A DNA stretch of 64,000 nucleotides from Paraphysomonas bandaiensis (lineage: Eukaryota; Protista; Chrysophyceae): the NCBI GenBank assembly GCA_965644295.1, contig CBFFRP010000432.1, positions 248,001-312,000 on the forward strand, read 5' to 3'. Below are positions 50,255 to 61,544 of the stretch, piece by piece (the first letter of the stretch is position 1; each line of letters opens with the position of its first letter). The position numbers and the translations under genes were made by a program. The notes below the pieces were generated by a model that made no database searches, was not told the origin of the DNA, and saw nothing but the letters and a program-made list of their open reading frames with translations.

Positions 50255-50777
50255 TCGATAATAAATACAATGCTTGTTCTACTGTCTTCTGTTTCAATGC
50301 AGTGGTGTGAAGATGGATTGATTATTGCATCCGTCTCCTGCAATGATCCACCACAAGAAAGATTATCACTCCTAATCTGCTCCCAATGCAATAGATTTTA
50401 GTTACAGAACCTTTCTGAAATGTAAAAACCTGTAGATTTTGCTTTTTATCATAGAAAAATATTCCAAATGCTGTATAAAACCTAGAATATTTGACTTGAA
50501 ATAGAAAACTGGGTGGAATAGGTGAGGAATTGTACAGAATACCGGCGGTATACGGTGTGTATAAGTGGTTTATGGTTGTGGTGGCTCTCCTTCATATGTA
50601 CAGTATATATGTATGTATATGAGTGTAGGGGGTGTGTGTGTATGTATGTATGTATGGGTAGGAGCGTATGTGTATGTAAGTTAAGTGCAGAGTAAGAACA
50701 CTTCTCAGTTAATATATAAAGAGGTACATCCACAGACACAGCATCGTATAGATATCAGCTGTGGTCGCATCATACAT

Positions 50778-53700
50778 ATGCTGCGTGCGTGGAGGTTCAG
50801 TCAAACAAGCTGGAAGCTTCAGCGGGCTGTCCAGGTACATCACAGCCCTACACATACGATATCGACACAACACACCCTATATAAGCCGTATATATGCAAT
50901 AGAAGTACCTATTAATTGTCGTATGGATGAACTGTGTATACTGTACATATGTTGCTGTGTTTGTGACATTGTGATGATCAGGCTAGAAGTATACACTGCT
51001 CAGTTGCACTTGAATTTGGTCGTAAAGATGGAGCCAGTGGATTCATTCAGTCACCCAGAGACTTTTCAAAGAAACAGAAGAAAAGATGGCGTCAGAAGAT
51101 GGCACTGAGAGAGGAGCGAAGCAAACATGATCCGATGCGAAAGATGAAAGAGGGTGCTATCGAAAAGCAAATGCAATCGCCAGAAACTAAGGAGTTTATT
51201 GACCAAGCGAGTGATGGGTACGTGCACAGTATATAAAAGAATGAGCATGTCTCCAGTTTTATCGAATTTGAAATTACTCATCATATTTTCAATGTGCAGC
51301 ATGTTGGCAGGCATACGCGAACTCATGCTTCCCGATGGACTACAGAATATTTTGCAGGACATAGAGGACTATGAGCGAAATACTGATGAACTTTTTTCGA
51401 CCCCCATTGAGTTGGAAGATGTGGCAAGTCGACTTGTTGAACAGTTTCAACTTTTAGAGAAGAATCCAGGTCTACACCCATCTGATGCTATCACATTGAC
51501 GTCAGTGAATGCTGAGGAAGCGAACAAGGCGCTGGTGATGGCAGCTGATCGGGGGAGTCGCCGGTATGTGGAAGCTGTGATGCCACTAGTTCATGCGGTT
51601 GGACTACAGATTGAAGCATCGACTTTGACTTCCATGGTAACCAGCTTTACTAATTTGGGCATGTACGATGCAGCTGAAAAGGTATTTGAGCGGTCCATCG
51701 ACTGTGATGCTGATCCCACGGAAGATTCCTGGGCGGCTCTAATTGAAGCGAAGTGTCGACGAGGTGACATTGAAGACGCCCAAGAGACAATGAAACGACT
51801 GCGAAAATTAGGTGTTGAGCCTACCTCTCGCATGTATATTGCTATCCTTCGCGCCATGGTATCTGCGAATCAGAATGACGAGGCGTTCGAGTATTGGATG
51901 ACAATGAAGGAATATGGTGTCGATCTAAATGTGGAAGCGTACAATACTATGATACAGCAGTGTATACAGACCTACCAAACCGAGCGAGCCTTCCTCTATG
52001 TCGATGAAATGCGTGGGCCGGGGAGAGAGTTGACTCCAACTGCTGAAACCTTTGCCAAGCTTTTCGAGGCCTGTGCATACGCGCCAATGTGGGTTAATGG
52101 ATATCAAGATATCGTGTTTGAAGCTATGGCTAAGATGGAGGGCACTGAATTGGTGCCTACTACTGAGGTTTATAATAGTATAATATTTGCCTTCGGCTAC
52201 GCTGGGGACGCGCAAGCTGCGGAATATTATTTCTGGGAAATGAGAGACAAGGGAATTCCACAGACTCTCTCCACCTATAACAACATGTTTCAAGCCCTGG
52301 GAAAGTAAGTGTCAGTTTGACAATGTTCCTAAGTATTCTGTTATGCGAGAAATTTATTTGAGTTCTGATTGCCATAATCTAATATATCTCGATTCAGTGC
52401 ACAGCGTGTGGGCAAAGGGGCATATATGATAAAACCTCGTTGGGTTCGTCCACCTGAAAAAGAGCCGACTGAGATGCACCGATTGATGCTTGATGCCGGT
52501 GCAGTGAAGACTGCCGAATTGAGTGAGTAACATGATGTTGATAAACTGCTTTGCTTGTGCAAAATACGTGTTGTGTGTGAAATAATAGTTGATGTGCATT
52601 TAGTATCCGAAATGTATGATTATGAAGATCCTCCTGACCGAGGTAAACGACCCAAGGGACGACTTCTCTCTCCTGAGGCAGAGGAAAATGAGCAGGAGAT
52701 CCAGGAGGAACTGATAGAAGCTCTCCGCTTGGAAACCACAGGCAAAAAAAGCCGATACCAGATGCTTCAAGAGCGAGACAAAGTTCGCAAAGAAGTATAT
52801 CTCAATGAGACTGGCCGAAAAATTTCTCTCTCCCTGTTGGCTGAAGGTGTCGATCCTGGTCCTGGAAAGGTGGTGCATATCACGCCGGATTTGATCGAGG
52901 ATGAGGACAACTATGAAGATTCGATGAACGATTACCTTGGCACGGGTGGTGACGACACATCTGGTGGCGGAATGAGTAAGGCTATGCAAGAGGCAATGGG
53001 TATGAATGGAGAAGAGAGCGTGAATGAAGGTGAGGATGGATTATTCGATATAGATGACGATGATCCGGAGTTGGCCAAATTTATGGACGCCATCAAGGGA
53101 CGGGGACACACGACAAGCTTTGATGATTTGTTGAAGAGTATGTCTTCTGAGCTAGATGGCGATGAAGATGAAGTTGAGGAGGGCGACTCAACACGGAAGC
53201 TCCACGATATATTAGGTGCTGTGCGTGATTCTGTGATAATTATGTCGTACATATTGTAACGCTTATGTATACTAGGCCAAGGACAGAATGAGAATGATCC
53301 TGCCAAAAAACTTGATGAAAAAATATCTCTTAGCCCCAAAAAGCAGAAACAGTTCGATCAACTATTCAACGATGTATTGAACGACCGTCTGGATTTGGAT
53401 AGCATCAATCCCGCTGAGGTCGAAAAATTTGAACAGGAGAGTAGCGCAGCTGAGGAAGGACATGAGGATATATACGATCGCGTGAAGCGCGAAAGAGAGT
53501 TAGAAGAGCTCGAGGCTGAAGCGTCAACTAAAAAGGCGAATGTCCATGGGAACCCAGTCTTGTCACTTGTTGACAATGAGGAAGTCGACTGGTCGAAGCT
53601 GTCGCCCGATGAGGAGAAAGAAAGTGTAAAACAGGAGATTGTGCCCGTAACTGATAACGACGAGGGTGCTATTCCGATGAGTGAAGTTAATCGACAGTGG

Positions 53701-54321
53701 AATTTGGTGTTATTTGGTCGATGCCCTGAGCCCGATTACTCTGAGAAGATGCATATAAGAAGAAAAAATAACTTGACTCGTGCACATGCGCTGTATGCGC
53801 GCATGTTGAAAGATTCCGTCGAACCAGATGTTGATACTCTCAGCGCCTACATGTCTGTGGCGTCCGAATATGGGAATATGACTGCTGCACTGGATATTAT
53901 CGACAAGTTTGCTGTGAAGCATGACCTCGCACCTGATGCATCGACTTATCTGCGACTTATTCGTATGCATGTGTTCATGAAAGATATCAATGGAGCCATG
54001 GAAAGGCTAAAGGAAATGAAGGACCGCAACTTAGAACCGGACAAACACGCGTACGGTTTTTTGATTCAGTCTTTAAGTCACAGAAACATGTTAGTTGAAG
54101 CCATAAAGTTATTGGAGGAGGCCCATGATAAAGGAATCGTGGTGTCGAATCGTCATATTAAGAAGTTGAGGGCTCATTGCGAGAAGCTGGGTGTCGAGCA
54201 CCCCGCAATATATCCGGACCCGGATGCATGGGTGAAGGACGTTAAGGAAATCAGACGAAAATATAGAAATGTTCCCATAGGAAATAAGGTTCATTTTGCT
54301 AGAAGTTTATCGTTTACTTAA
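50778..54321 (+). CDS. Pentatricopeptide-repeat protein, predicted organellar, multi-exon
   Basis: Presequence-like MLRAWRFSQTSWKLQRAVQ. 35-aa repeats such as SWAALIEAKCRRGDIEDAQETMKRLRKLGVEPT and YNSIIFAFGYAGDAQAAEYYFWEMRDKGIPQ. Acidic linker, then further PPRs. Confidence 0.92.
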
Positions 54322-54824
54322 GCATTGAATTTATGACGAAATAATAAAGATTTACGTGTAAATTGAAGTGTACATAGCAGTTGTGTAACGATATACGTCA
54401 CCTGCGGTATTAGGAGTATTTGCGCACCGAAATTTGGCTAATGGTATGTGAGGGATAGGAACTTTTTCTGAAACTGAAGGATAAAAATATTTGACATATG
54501 TTTTAGCCTCGATATAGTGATATATACATCTCTAAGGCAATACATGTATAGAGCAATGTTGAGCGAGCGATACATTAAAACCAGAAAAAAACATCGAAGA
54601 ACACGCTTTCTCTACCTTTTCTGGTATTTATGTACATGGGCTTATATTTTTCATCGTACAATTAGGTGCTTTCGGTATATATTATTATATATATATACTA
54701 CTAGTGTATTGATTTACAATACATGTCAATTCAATATATTATTCCCTGCTACAACGGCTTACTACCTTGATATTTGCATTAGCGGTATGCAGTAAGTGAC
54801 TACCGAATATTAATATATGAAATT

Positions 54825-55345
54825 ATACAGTCAGCAGATAATTTTCTCTCCACTTTTGCCAAATCCTTGTGTAGCACAATATGGACACTAATATATAAGT
54901 GCCACTTGTGTAGACGTCTTTGGGCCTTGAGGAATAAACAGGTATCCGGGAATAGGAAGTCGAGGTAATACCAAAACCTGGTAAAGCAATTTCACCAGGT
55001 TTCATATATAAGTATTGAGTTATTATTTTACTGTAATTTGTATCTGAGAGGTTAAAGATAAAGAAAAAGTCGCAAGTATAGTTGTTATTAGCAGTATTTA
55101 TTGCGTTAAAAGTTGGCCCTGCTATTATTACTTGTGTTTTGTAATATCATATTCTCATATAGCTACACCTGCTTCGCTTGAGACTGCAAACGCTCCAACC
55201 GAATAGCCTGATTTCGGATACATTGCATACGCATATAGCCATCTTTACCACTACTACTTACAGTAGTATTAGTACCTATGCTCGGAAACGACGCGGCAAC
55301 AGCCGCTGGGGGCACATTGCTAGTAGGTGGAGGATCATAAGCAGG
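54825..55345. repeat. Dispersed repeat family copy (pieces homologous to 44370-44490 and 44010-44205)
   Basis: Shared AGTCAGCAGATA...CACTTGTGTAGACGTCTTTGGGCC and CTTGAGA(C/T)TGCAAACGCTCCAACCGAATAGCCTGATTT...TAGTACCTATGCTCGGA. Confidence 0.85.
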
Positions 55346-55360
55346 TGAAGGATCATAAGC

Positions 55361-55977
55361 AGTTAGTACAGTGTATAGTAACAACGCACAACAATAATCA
55401 GAACAATACCGCATATATACGACATACGACCCCGTCACCATCTTTATGAACAGTATTACTTACCCTGCTCGTGCGCTTTCGTGGTATCTCTTCCTCCGCC
55501 TCCGGGTCGTCGTTGGATATGTCGCCACGAATGTTGACAACATTCTTCTTCCCGTTGCACTTCTCCTACACCATAATATGTACACAGTTAGTGCAGTGTA
55601 TAGTAACAACGCACAACAATAATCAGAACAATACCGCATATATACGACATACGACCCCGTCACCATCTTTATGAACAGTATTACTTACCCTGCTCGTGCA
55701 CTTTCGTGGTATCTCTTCCTCCGCCTCCGGGTCGTCGTTGGATATGTCGCCACGAATGTTGACAACATTCTTCTTCCCGTTGCACTTCTCCTACACCATA
55801 ATATGTACACAGTTAGTGCAGTGTATAGTAACAACGCACAACAATAATCAGAACAATACCGCATATATACGACATACGACCCCGTCACCATCTTTATGAG
55901 CAGTATTGCTTACCCTGCTCGTGCACTTTCGTGGTATCTCTTCCTCCGCCTCCGGGTCGTCGTTGGATATGTCGCCA
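55361..55977. repeat. 225-bp tandem repeat, ~2.7 copies
   Basis: Near-identical units. ORF pairs 55460/55685 and 55471/55696 are offset by 225. Confidence 0.95.
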
Positions 55978-55980
55978 TGT

Positions 55981-56837
55981 CTGAGAGTGGTATCAGCTCT
56001 GCAGCAATCTGATGTATGTGTACGTGTCTGTCTGTCTGTCTGTGTGCTCAGGAGGTGTGATCCACACAACAATGAACACCTCATCCGATAAACCACACCT
56101 CCTGAGCACTCCTCACTGTCATCAACAATGTCACCATATTAACATCAGAAGATACTAACTCAGAAGATACATGCATCACTCTATATGTATGCATGTGTAT
56201 GGTGTGTTAAGTTATGCATATATATATATTATTGTCATGATGTGCGTGTTGTAAGCACTGCTCGTGCAGTGTGGTTGCGGTGTAGTATGATGGGTTCAAT
56301 GTTCAGGTGGGCTCAAAGCAGGGGGAATAGGAAGTGTTCTAACGTGCACAATCAAACGATGTTATAATGTTTCGTCTGCTTGTACTTGTTGGACCTCTCT
56401 ACACGAGTCCACACTCCTCAATCCACTGTATGAGGCTCTGTGCTACAGCCTCGTGACCAAACACTGTCATGAAGACCTTCCTGGAAGGCAGTTATAAGCC
56501 TGCAACTCTGAACCACATAGTAAGAAGTGTCATCTGAGAGTGGTGTGACCTCTGCAGCATTCGGAGGTGTGTGTATGTATGTGTGTGTCTGTCTGTGTGC
56601 TCAGGAGGTGTGATCCACACAACAATGAACACCTCATCCGATAAACCACACCTCCTGAGCACTCCTCACTGTCATCAACAATGTCACCATCTAAGCACCA
56701 GAAGATACTGACTCAGAAGATCCATCCCTCTATATGTATGTATGTGTGTGTGTGTGTGTTAAGTTATGCATATGTATTATGGTCAAGATGTGCGTGTTGT
56801 AGTCACTGCTCGTGCAGTGTGGTTGCGGTGTAGTGTG
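55981..56837. repeat. ~305-bp direct duplication (55981-56290 and 56534-56837), each with a 16-bp perfect hairpin
   Basis: Both copies start CTGAGAGTGG, contain GTGCTCAGGAGGTGTG-N34-CACACCTCCTGAGCAC and end CACTGCTCGTGCAGTGTGGTTGCGGTGTAGT. Confidence 0.9.
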
Positions 56838-57181
56838 ATGCACACCGCGTCCTCACCACACACTCATGACGCGTGTTCGACGCTCTTGTGGGGCGTTTTT
56901 GGTCAAATTCAAATTTTTTTTGTACGTGTTTTTCTATATGTTATGCTGCGCCGTGCTCGATCTGGGCGCACATGCATGTCTAGATGTGTCCGGTGCGAGG
57001 AACATATTTTGAAATGCATGCACTTCATCTCCATGTGCAGTTAGTTTCTATCACATCAACACCATATCAATAGTAGCATGTGATGTGATGTGATGTGATG
57101 TCATCTGGGACACACAAAAAGGTACGACGACACGAACCTGTCTGCCATGAATGTCTGTTATGCTTGATTACATGTACGTAC

Positions 57182-57986
57182 GTATATATAATGGTTGCGG
57201 AAGGAAACCTGTGACTTCAACTCGCCTCAATAGCGGTGGCGACTGCTATTGGGACAGTGTCGTCATGAAAAGATGTGACCTTCCCAACCTTCATATGTTA
57301 TACTTGTTTGTTCGGTCACCTGTGATATCCACTCGTGTCAGTAGCGGTGGCGACTGCTATTGGCGCAGGGTTGTCATGAAAAGATGTCGACAGAACTTAC
57401 TTGTATGTTATACTGTATATATAATGGTTGCGGAAGGAAACCTGTGACTTCAACTCGCCTCAATAGCGGTGGCGACTGCTATTGGGACAGTGTCGTCATG
57501 AAAAGATGTGACCTTCCCAACCTTCATATGTTATACTTGTTTGTTCGGTCACCTGTGATATCCACTCGTGTCAGTAGCGGTGGCGACTGCTATTGGCGCA
57601 GGGTTGTCATGAAAAGATGTCGACAGAACTTACTTGTATGTTATACTGTATATATAATGGTTGCGGAAGGAAACCTGTGACTTCAACTCGCCTCAATAGC
57701 GGTGGCGACTGCTATTGGGACAGTGTCGTCATGAAAAGATGTGACCTTCCCAACCTTCATATGTTATACTTGTTTGTTCGGTCACCTGTGATATCCACTC
57801 GTGTCAGTAGCGGTGGCGACTGCTATTGGCGCAGGGTTGTCATGAAAAGATGTCGACAGAACTTACTTGTATGTTATACTGTATATATAATGGTTGCGGA
57901 AGGAAACCTGTGACTTCAACTCGCCTCAATAGCGGTGGCGACTGCTATTGGGACAGTGTCGTCATGAAAAGATGTGACCTTCCCAA
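57182..57986 (+). repeat. 233-bp tandem array (111+122 bp A/B dimer), ~3.5 copies, seven hairpin monomers
   Basis: Identical 233-bp units. Monomers share CCTGTGA...TAGCGGTGGCGACTGCTATTGG...GTCATGAAAAGATGT. Confidence 0.95.
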
Positions 57987-58169
57987 TCTGCACGTGTTGC
58001 ATCCGTGTATTCTGTGCCCATGGTCTTTTGCTTGCAGTAAAATACATATCTATTATAAATATACATTAACTATTGAAATATATTGTACAGATATATTTAC
58101 TATTAGCATGAAAGAACCAGTGCCATGTTGAAGACCTTTATGTCCGCCTGCTGCATGCATTATGTGGTA

Positions 58170-61100
58170 AGAGTGAGATGGTATAGTGTATATAGTTAGA
58201 TGGTATAGGGATGTATAGTGAGATAGTATAGTGGCATATATTGAGATGGTATAGTGGTATATATTGATATGGTATAGTGGTATATAGTGATATGGTATAG
58301 TGGTATATTGTGAGATGGTATAGTGGTATATTGTGATATGGTATAGTGGTATATTGTGAGATGGTATAGTGGTATATTGTGAGATGGTATAGTGGTATAT
58401 AGTGATATGGTATAGTGTTATATAGTGAGATGGTATAGTGGTATATAGTGGGATGGTATCTGCGTGTATTGTGAGATGGTACAATGGTTGTATAGTGAGA
58501 TGGTATAGTGTATATAGTTAGATGGTATATGGGTGAATCGTAATATGGTATAGTGGCATATGGTGAGATGGTATAGTGATATGGTATAGTAGTGGTATAT
58601 AGTGAGATGGTATAGTGGTATATAGTGAGATGGTATAGTGGTGAATAGTAATATGGTGTAGGGATGTATAGTGAGATGGTATATTAGCATAGTTAGATGG
58701 CATAGTGATATATAGTTAGATGGTATAGTGCTATAATATAGTGAGATGGTATAGTGATGTATAGTGAGATAGTATAGTGACATATGGTGAGATGGTATAG
58801 TGGTATATAGTGAGATGGTATAGTGGTATATAGTTGGATGGTATCTGGGTATATAGTGAGATGGTACAGTGGTTGTATAGTGAGATGGTATAGTGGTATA
58901 TTGTGAGATGGTATAGTGGTATATTGTGAGATGGTATAGTGGTATATAGTGATATGGTATAGTGTTATATAGTGAGATGGTATAGTGGTATATAGTGAGA
59001 TGGTACAGTGGTTGTATAGTGCGATGGTACAGTGGTTGTATAGTGAGATGGTATAGTGTATATAGTTAGATGGTATATGGGTGAATCGTAATATGGTATA
59101 GTGGCATATGGTGAGATGGTATAGTGATATGGTATAGTAGTGGTATATAGTGAGATGGTATAGTGGTATATAGTGGGATGGTATAGTGGTGAATAGTAAT
59201 ATGGTGTAGGGATGTATAGTGAGATGGTATATTAGCATAGTTAGATGGCATAGTGATATAATATAGTGAGATGGTATAGTGATGTATAGTGAGATAGTAT
59301 AGTGACATATGGTGAGATGGTATAGTGGTATATAGTGAGATGGTATAGTGGTATATAGTGGGATGGTATCTGGGTGTATAGTGAGATGGTACAGTGGTTG
59401 TATAGTGAGATGGTATCTGGATGTATAGTGAGATGGTATAGTGACATATGGTGAGATGGTATCGTGGTATATAGTGAGATGGTATAGTGGGATGGTATCT
59501 GGGTGTGTAGTGATATGGTACAGTGGTTGTATAGTGAGATGGTGTAGTGGTATATAGTGAGATGGTATATTAGCATAGTTAGATGGCATAGTGATATATA
59601 GTTAGATGGTATAGTGGTATAATATAGTGAGATAGTATAGTGGCATATGGTGAGATGGTATAGTGATATATAGTGATATGGTATAGTAGTGGTATATAGT
59701 GAGATGGTATAGTGGTATATAGTGAGATGGTATAGTGGTATATAGTGGGATGGTATAGTGGTGAATAGTAATATGGTATCTGGATGTATAGTGAGATGGT
59801 ATATTAGCATAGTTAGATGGCATAGTGATATATAGTTAGATGGTGCAGTGGTTGTATAGTGAGATGGTATAGTGGTATATAGTGAGATAGTATAGTGGTA
59901 TATAGTGAGATGGTATAGTGATGTATAGTGAGATGGTATAGTGGTATAATATAGTGATGTATAGTGAGGTAGTATATGGGTGTATAGTGAAATATAAAAG
60001 AATATCTGATTATTACATGAGAACGGTTGCGTACAGAAACTAGTTTTACATCTATAGAATAACTAATAACTCGACTTACTATATACTACTATTAGCGGGC
60101 TACCGTCTCGGGACTGCTTGTGCATCGCTGCGAGCACCATGGTTCAACCGTCCCTTGCAGTGAGGTTAATCGGGGGGTCTGCCTTTGGGCAGTGTGTCTG
60201 CCGGGCCTGTATCGTGAGTTTTACGGGGGATGGTTGGGGCTAGATGTATATGAGAGTGTAAGTCGGTGGTGTAGATGGTGCTCGTTGTCGAGGTGGGATT
60301 TCGACCACAAGTAAGGAGGAGTTGTTTCCGGAGTGGTGGTGCTTGTCTCTGTCGGGTTCGGACTCTTGCAGCGGATAGAATTCTTGGGGTGGATGTCGCT
60401 AGGAGTAGTTGGAGTATTTTTGGTGTCGGGTGAGTATCCTGCGACGGGCGTTGCTGTGAGTGTGGTGGGGTCGTAATCGGTGTTACTGATGCCGTGTCTG
60501 TGTTGTGATGTCTGAGACCTCTGTTTCGAAGCATGCGGAGCCCTCCACCATATAGGGGAAGGAGGATAGAGGTTACGGATTTTTCGAGAACGTGGAACTG
60601 ATGTTCGAGCAGTGAGCTGGATATGTGGCGTCCGAATGCGTCGGTCAATTGTGTGGCAGTAATGTGGCCGGTCCAGTAGCGCTCAGCCTGGGGTGTGTGT
60701 GGATTCCATGCGGCTTTTGCTAGTTTGATTATGGCGGTGTGGAACCAGGGATGGGGGAGCGTGCGTGTGCGAAGTTTGTCGAACTTGTGGTGTGCTTGGT
60801 GAACATCTTCACGTATGTGAGTGAGGTCGGGGTGTGTGCAGGTGAGAAGCATGTGTGCCATGTTGTCGATTGGGAGTGCACAGTCTGCGCATGCTGAGGC
60901 CGTTGTTATGTGATCAGGCCCGGTTTTCCCTTTGGCTTGATTTCTGCCCATCGCGTATGATTTGTCCCATACGTAGGTGTATAGTGAAATGGTATATGGG
61001 TGTATAGTGAGATAGTGTAGTGATGTATAGTTAGGTGGTATAGTGGTATACAGTAGATGGTATAGTGGTATAATATAGTGGGATGGTATAGTGATGCATA

Positions 61101-61362
61101 GTAATATGGTATGGGTGTATAGTGAGATGGTATATGGGTGTATAGTGAGATGGTATATGGGTGTATAGTGAGATAGTGTAGTGATGTATAGTTAGGTGGT
61201 ATAGTGGCATACAGTAGATGGTATAGTGGTATAATATAGTGGGATGGTATAGTGATGCATAGTAATATGGTATGGGTGTATAGTGAGATGGTATATGGGT
61301 GTATAGTGAGATGGTATGTGGGTGTATTCTGAGATGGTGTAGTGGTGTTTAGTGAGATGGTT
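58170..61362. repeat. Degenerate satellite built from ATAGTGAGATGGT / ATAGTGGTAT monomers with higher-order repeats
   Basis: ~22-23-bp basic period, C almost absent on +. Diagnostic variants recur at 548 bp (GGGTGAATCGTAAT near 58531 and 59079) and 161 bp (61000/61161). Confidence 0.95.
59994..60975 (-). mobile_element. 5'-truncated non-LTR retrotransposon (LINE) 3' end, 15-bp TSD GGTGTATAGTGAAAT
   Basis: Open ORF 60166-60975 with CCHC finger CADC...HMLLTC, ending GRPPD*. TSD at 59979-59993 and 60976-60990. Confidence 0.9.
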
Positions 61363-61544
61363 ATAGTTCATACTTGTGAACTGTATGTAATATATATGTG
61401 TAGTCGGTGACTTTTATTGCTGTAAAACTGAAGTAATATGGAAGAAATTAGTAAAAAATATTATAAATAATACTCTTCACACTGTTATTAACTTCATAGT
61501 TACTTATTGTGCATAGTTATACCCTTTTCCGACCATCACCAAAA

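Noticed and set aside
57211-57395. H/ACA snoRNA (AAAAGA fits ANANNA; ACA follows hairpin B)
   Set aside because: The internal loops are too small and too close to the boxes for a standard pseudouridylation pocket. Not supportable without Infernal or snoRNA tools.
57182-57986. CRISPR array or hammerhead ribozyme interpretation
   Set aside because: The intervening sequences repeat identically rather than being unique spacers, and there are no cas genes. The core reads CUGUGA rather than CUGANGA, and GAAA does not directly follow stem II.
58053-59823. Long His/Tyr/Thr/Ile-rich ORFs on the minus strand
   Set aside because: They are translations of the satellite. The G-poor strand rarely forms stops and no protein features are present.
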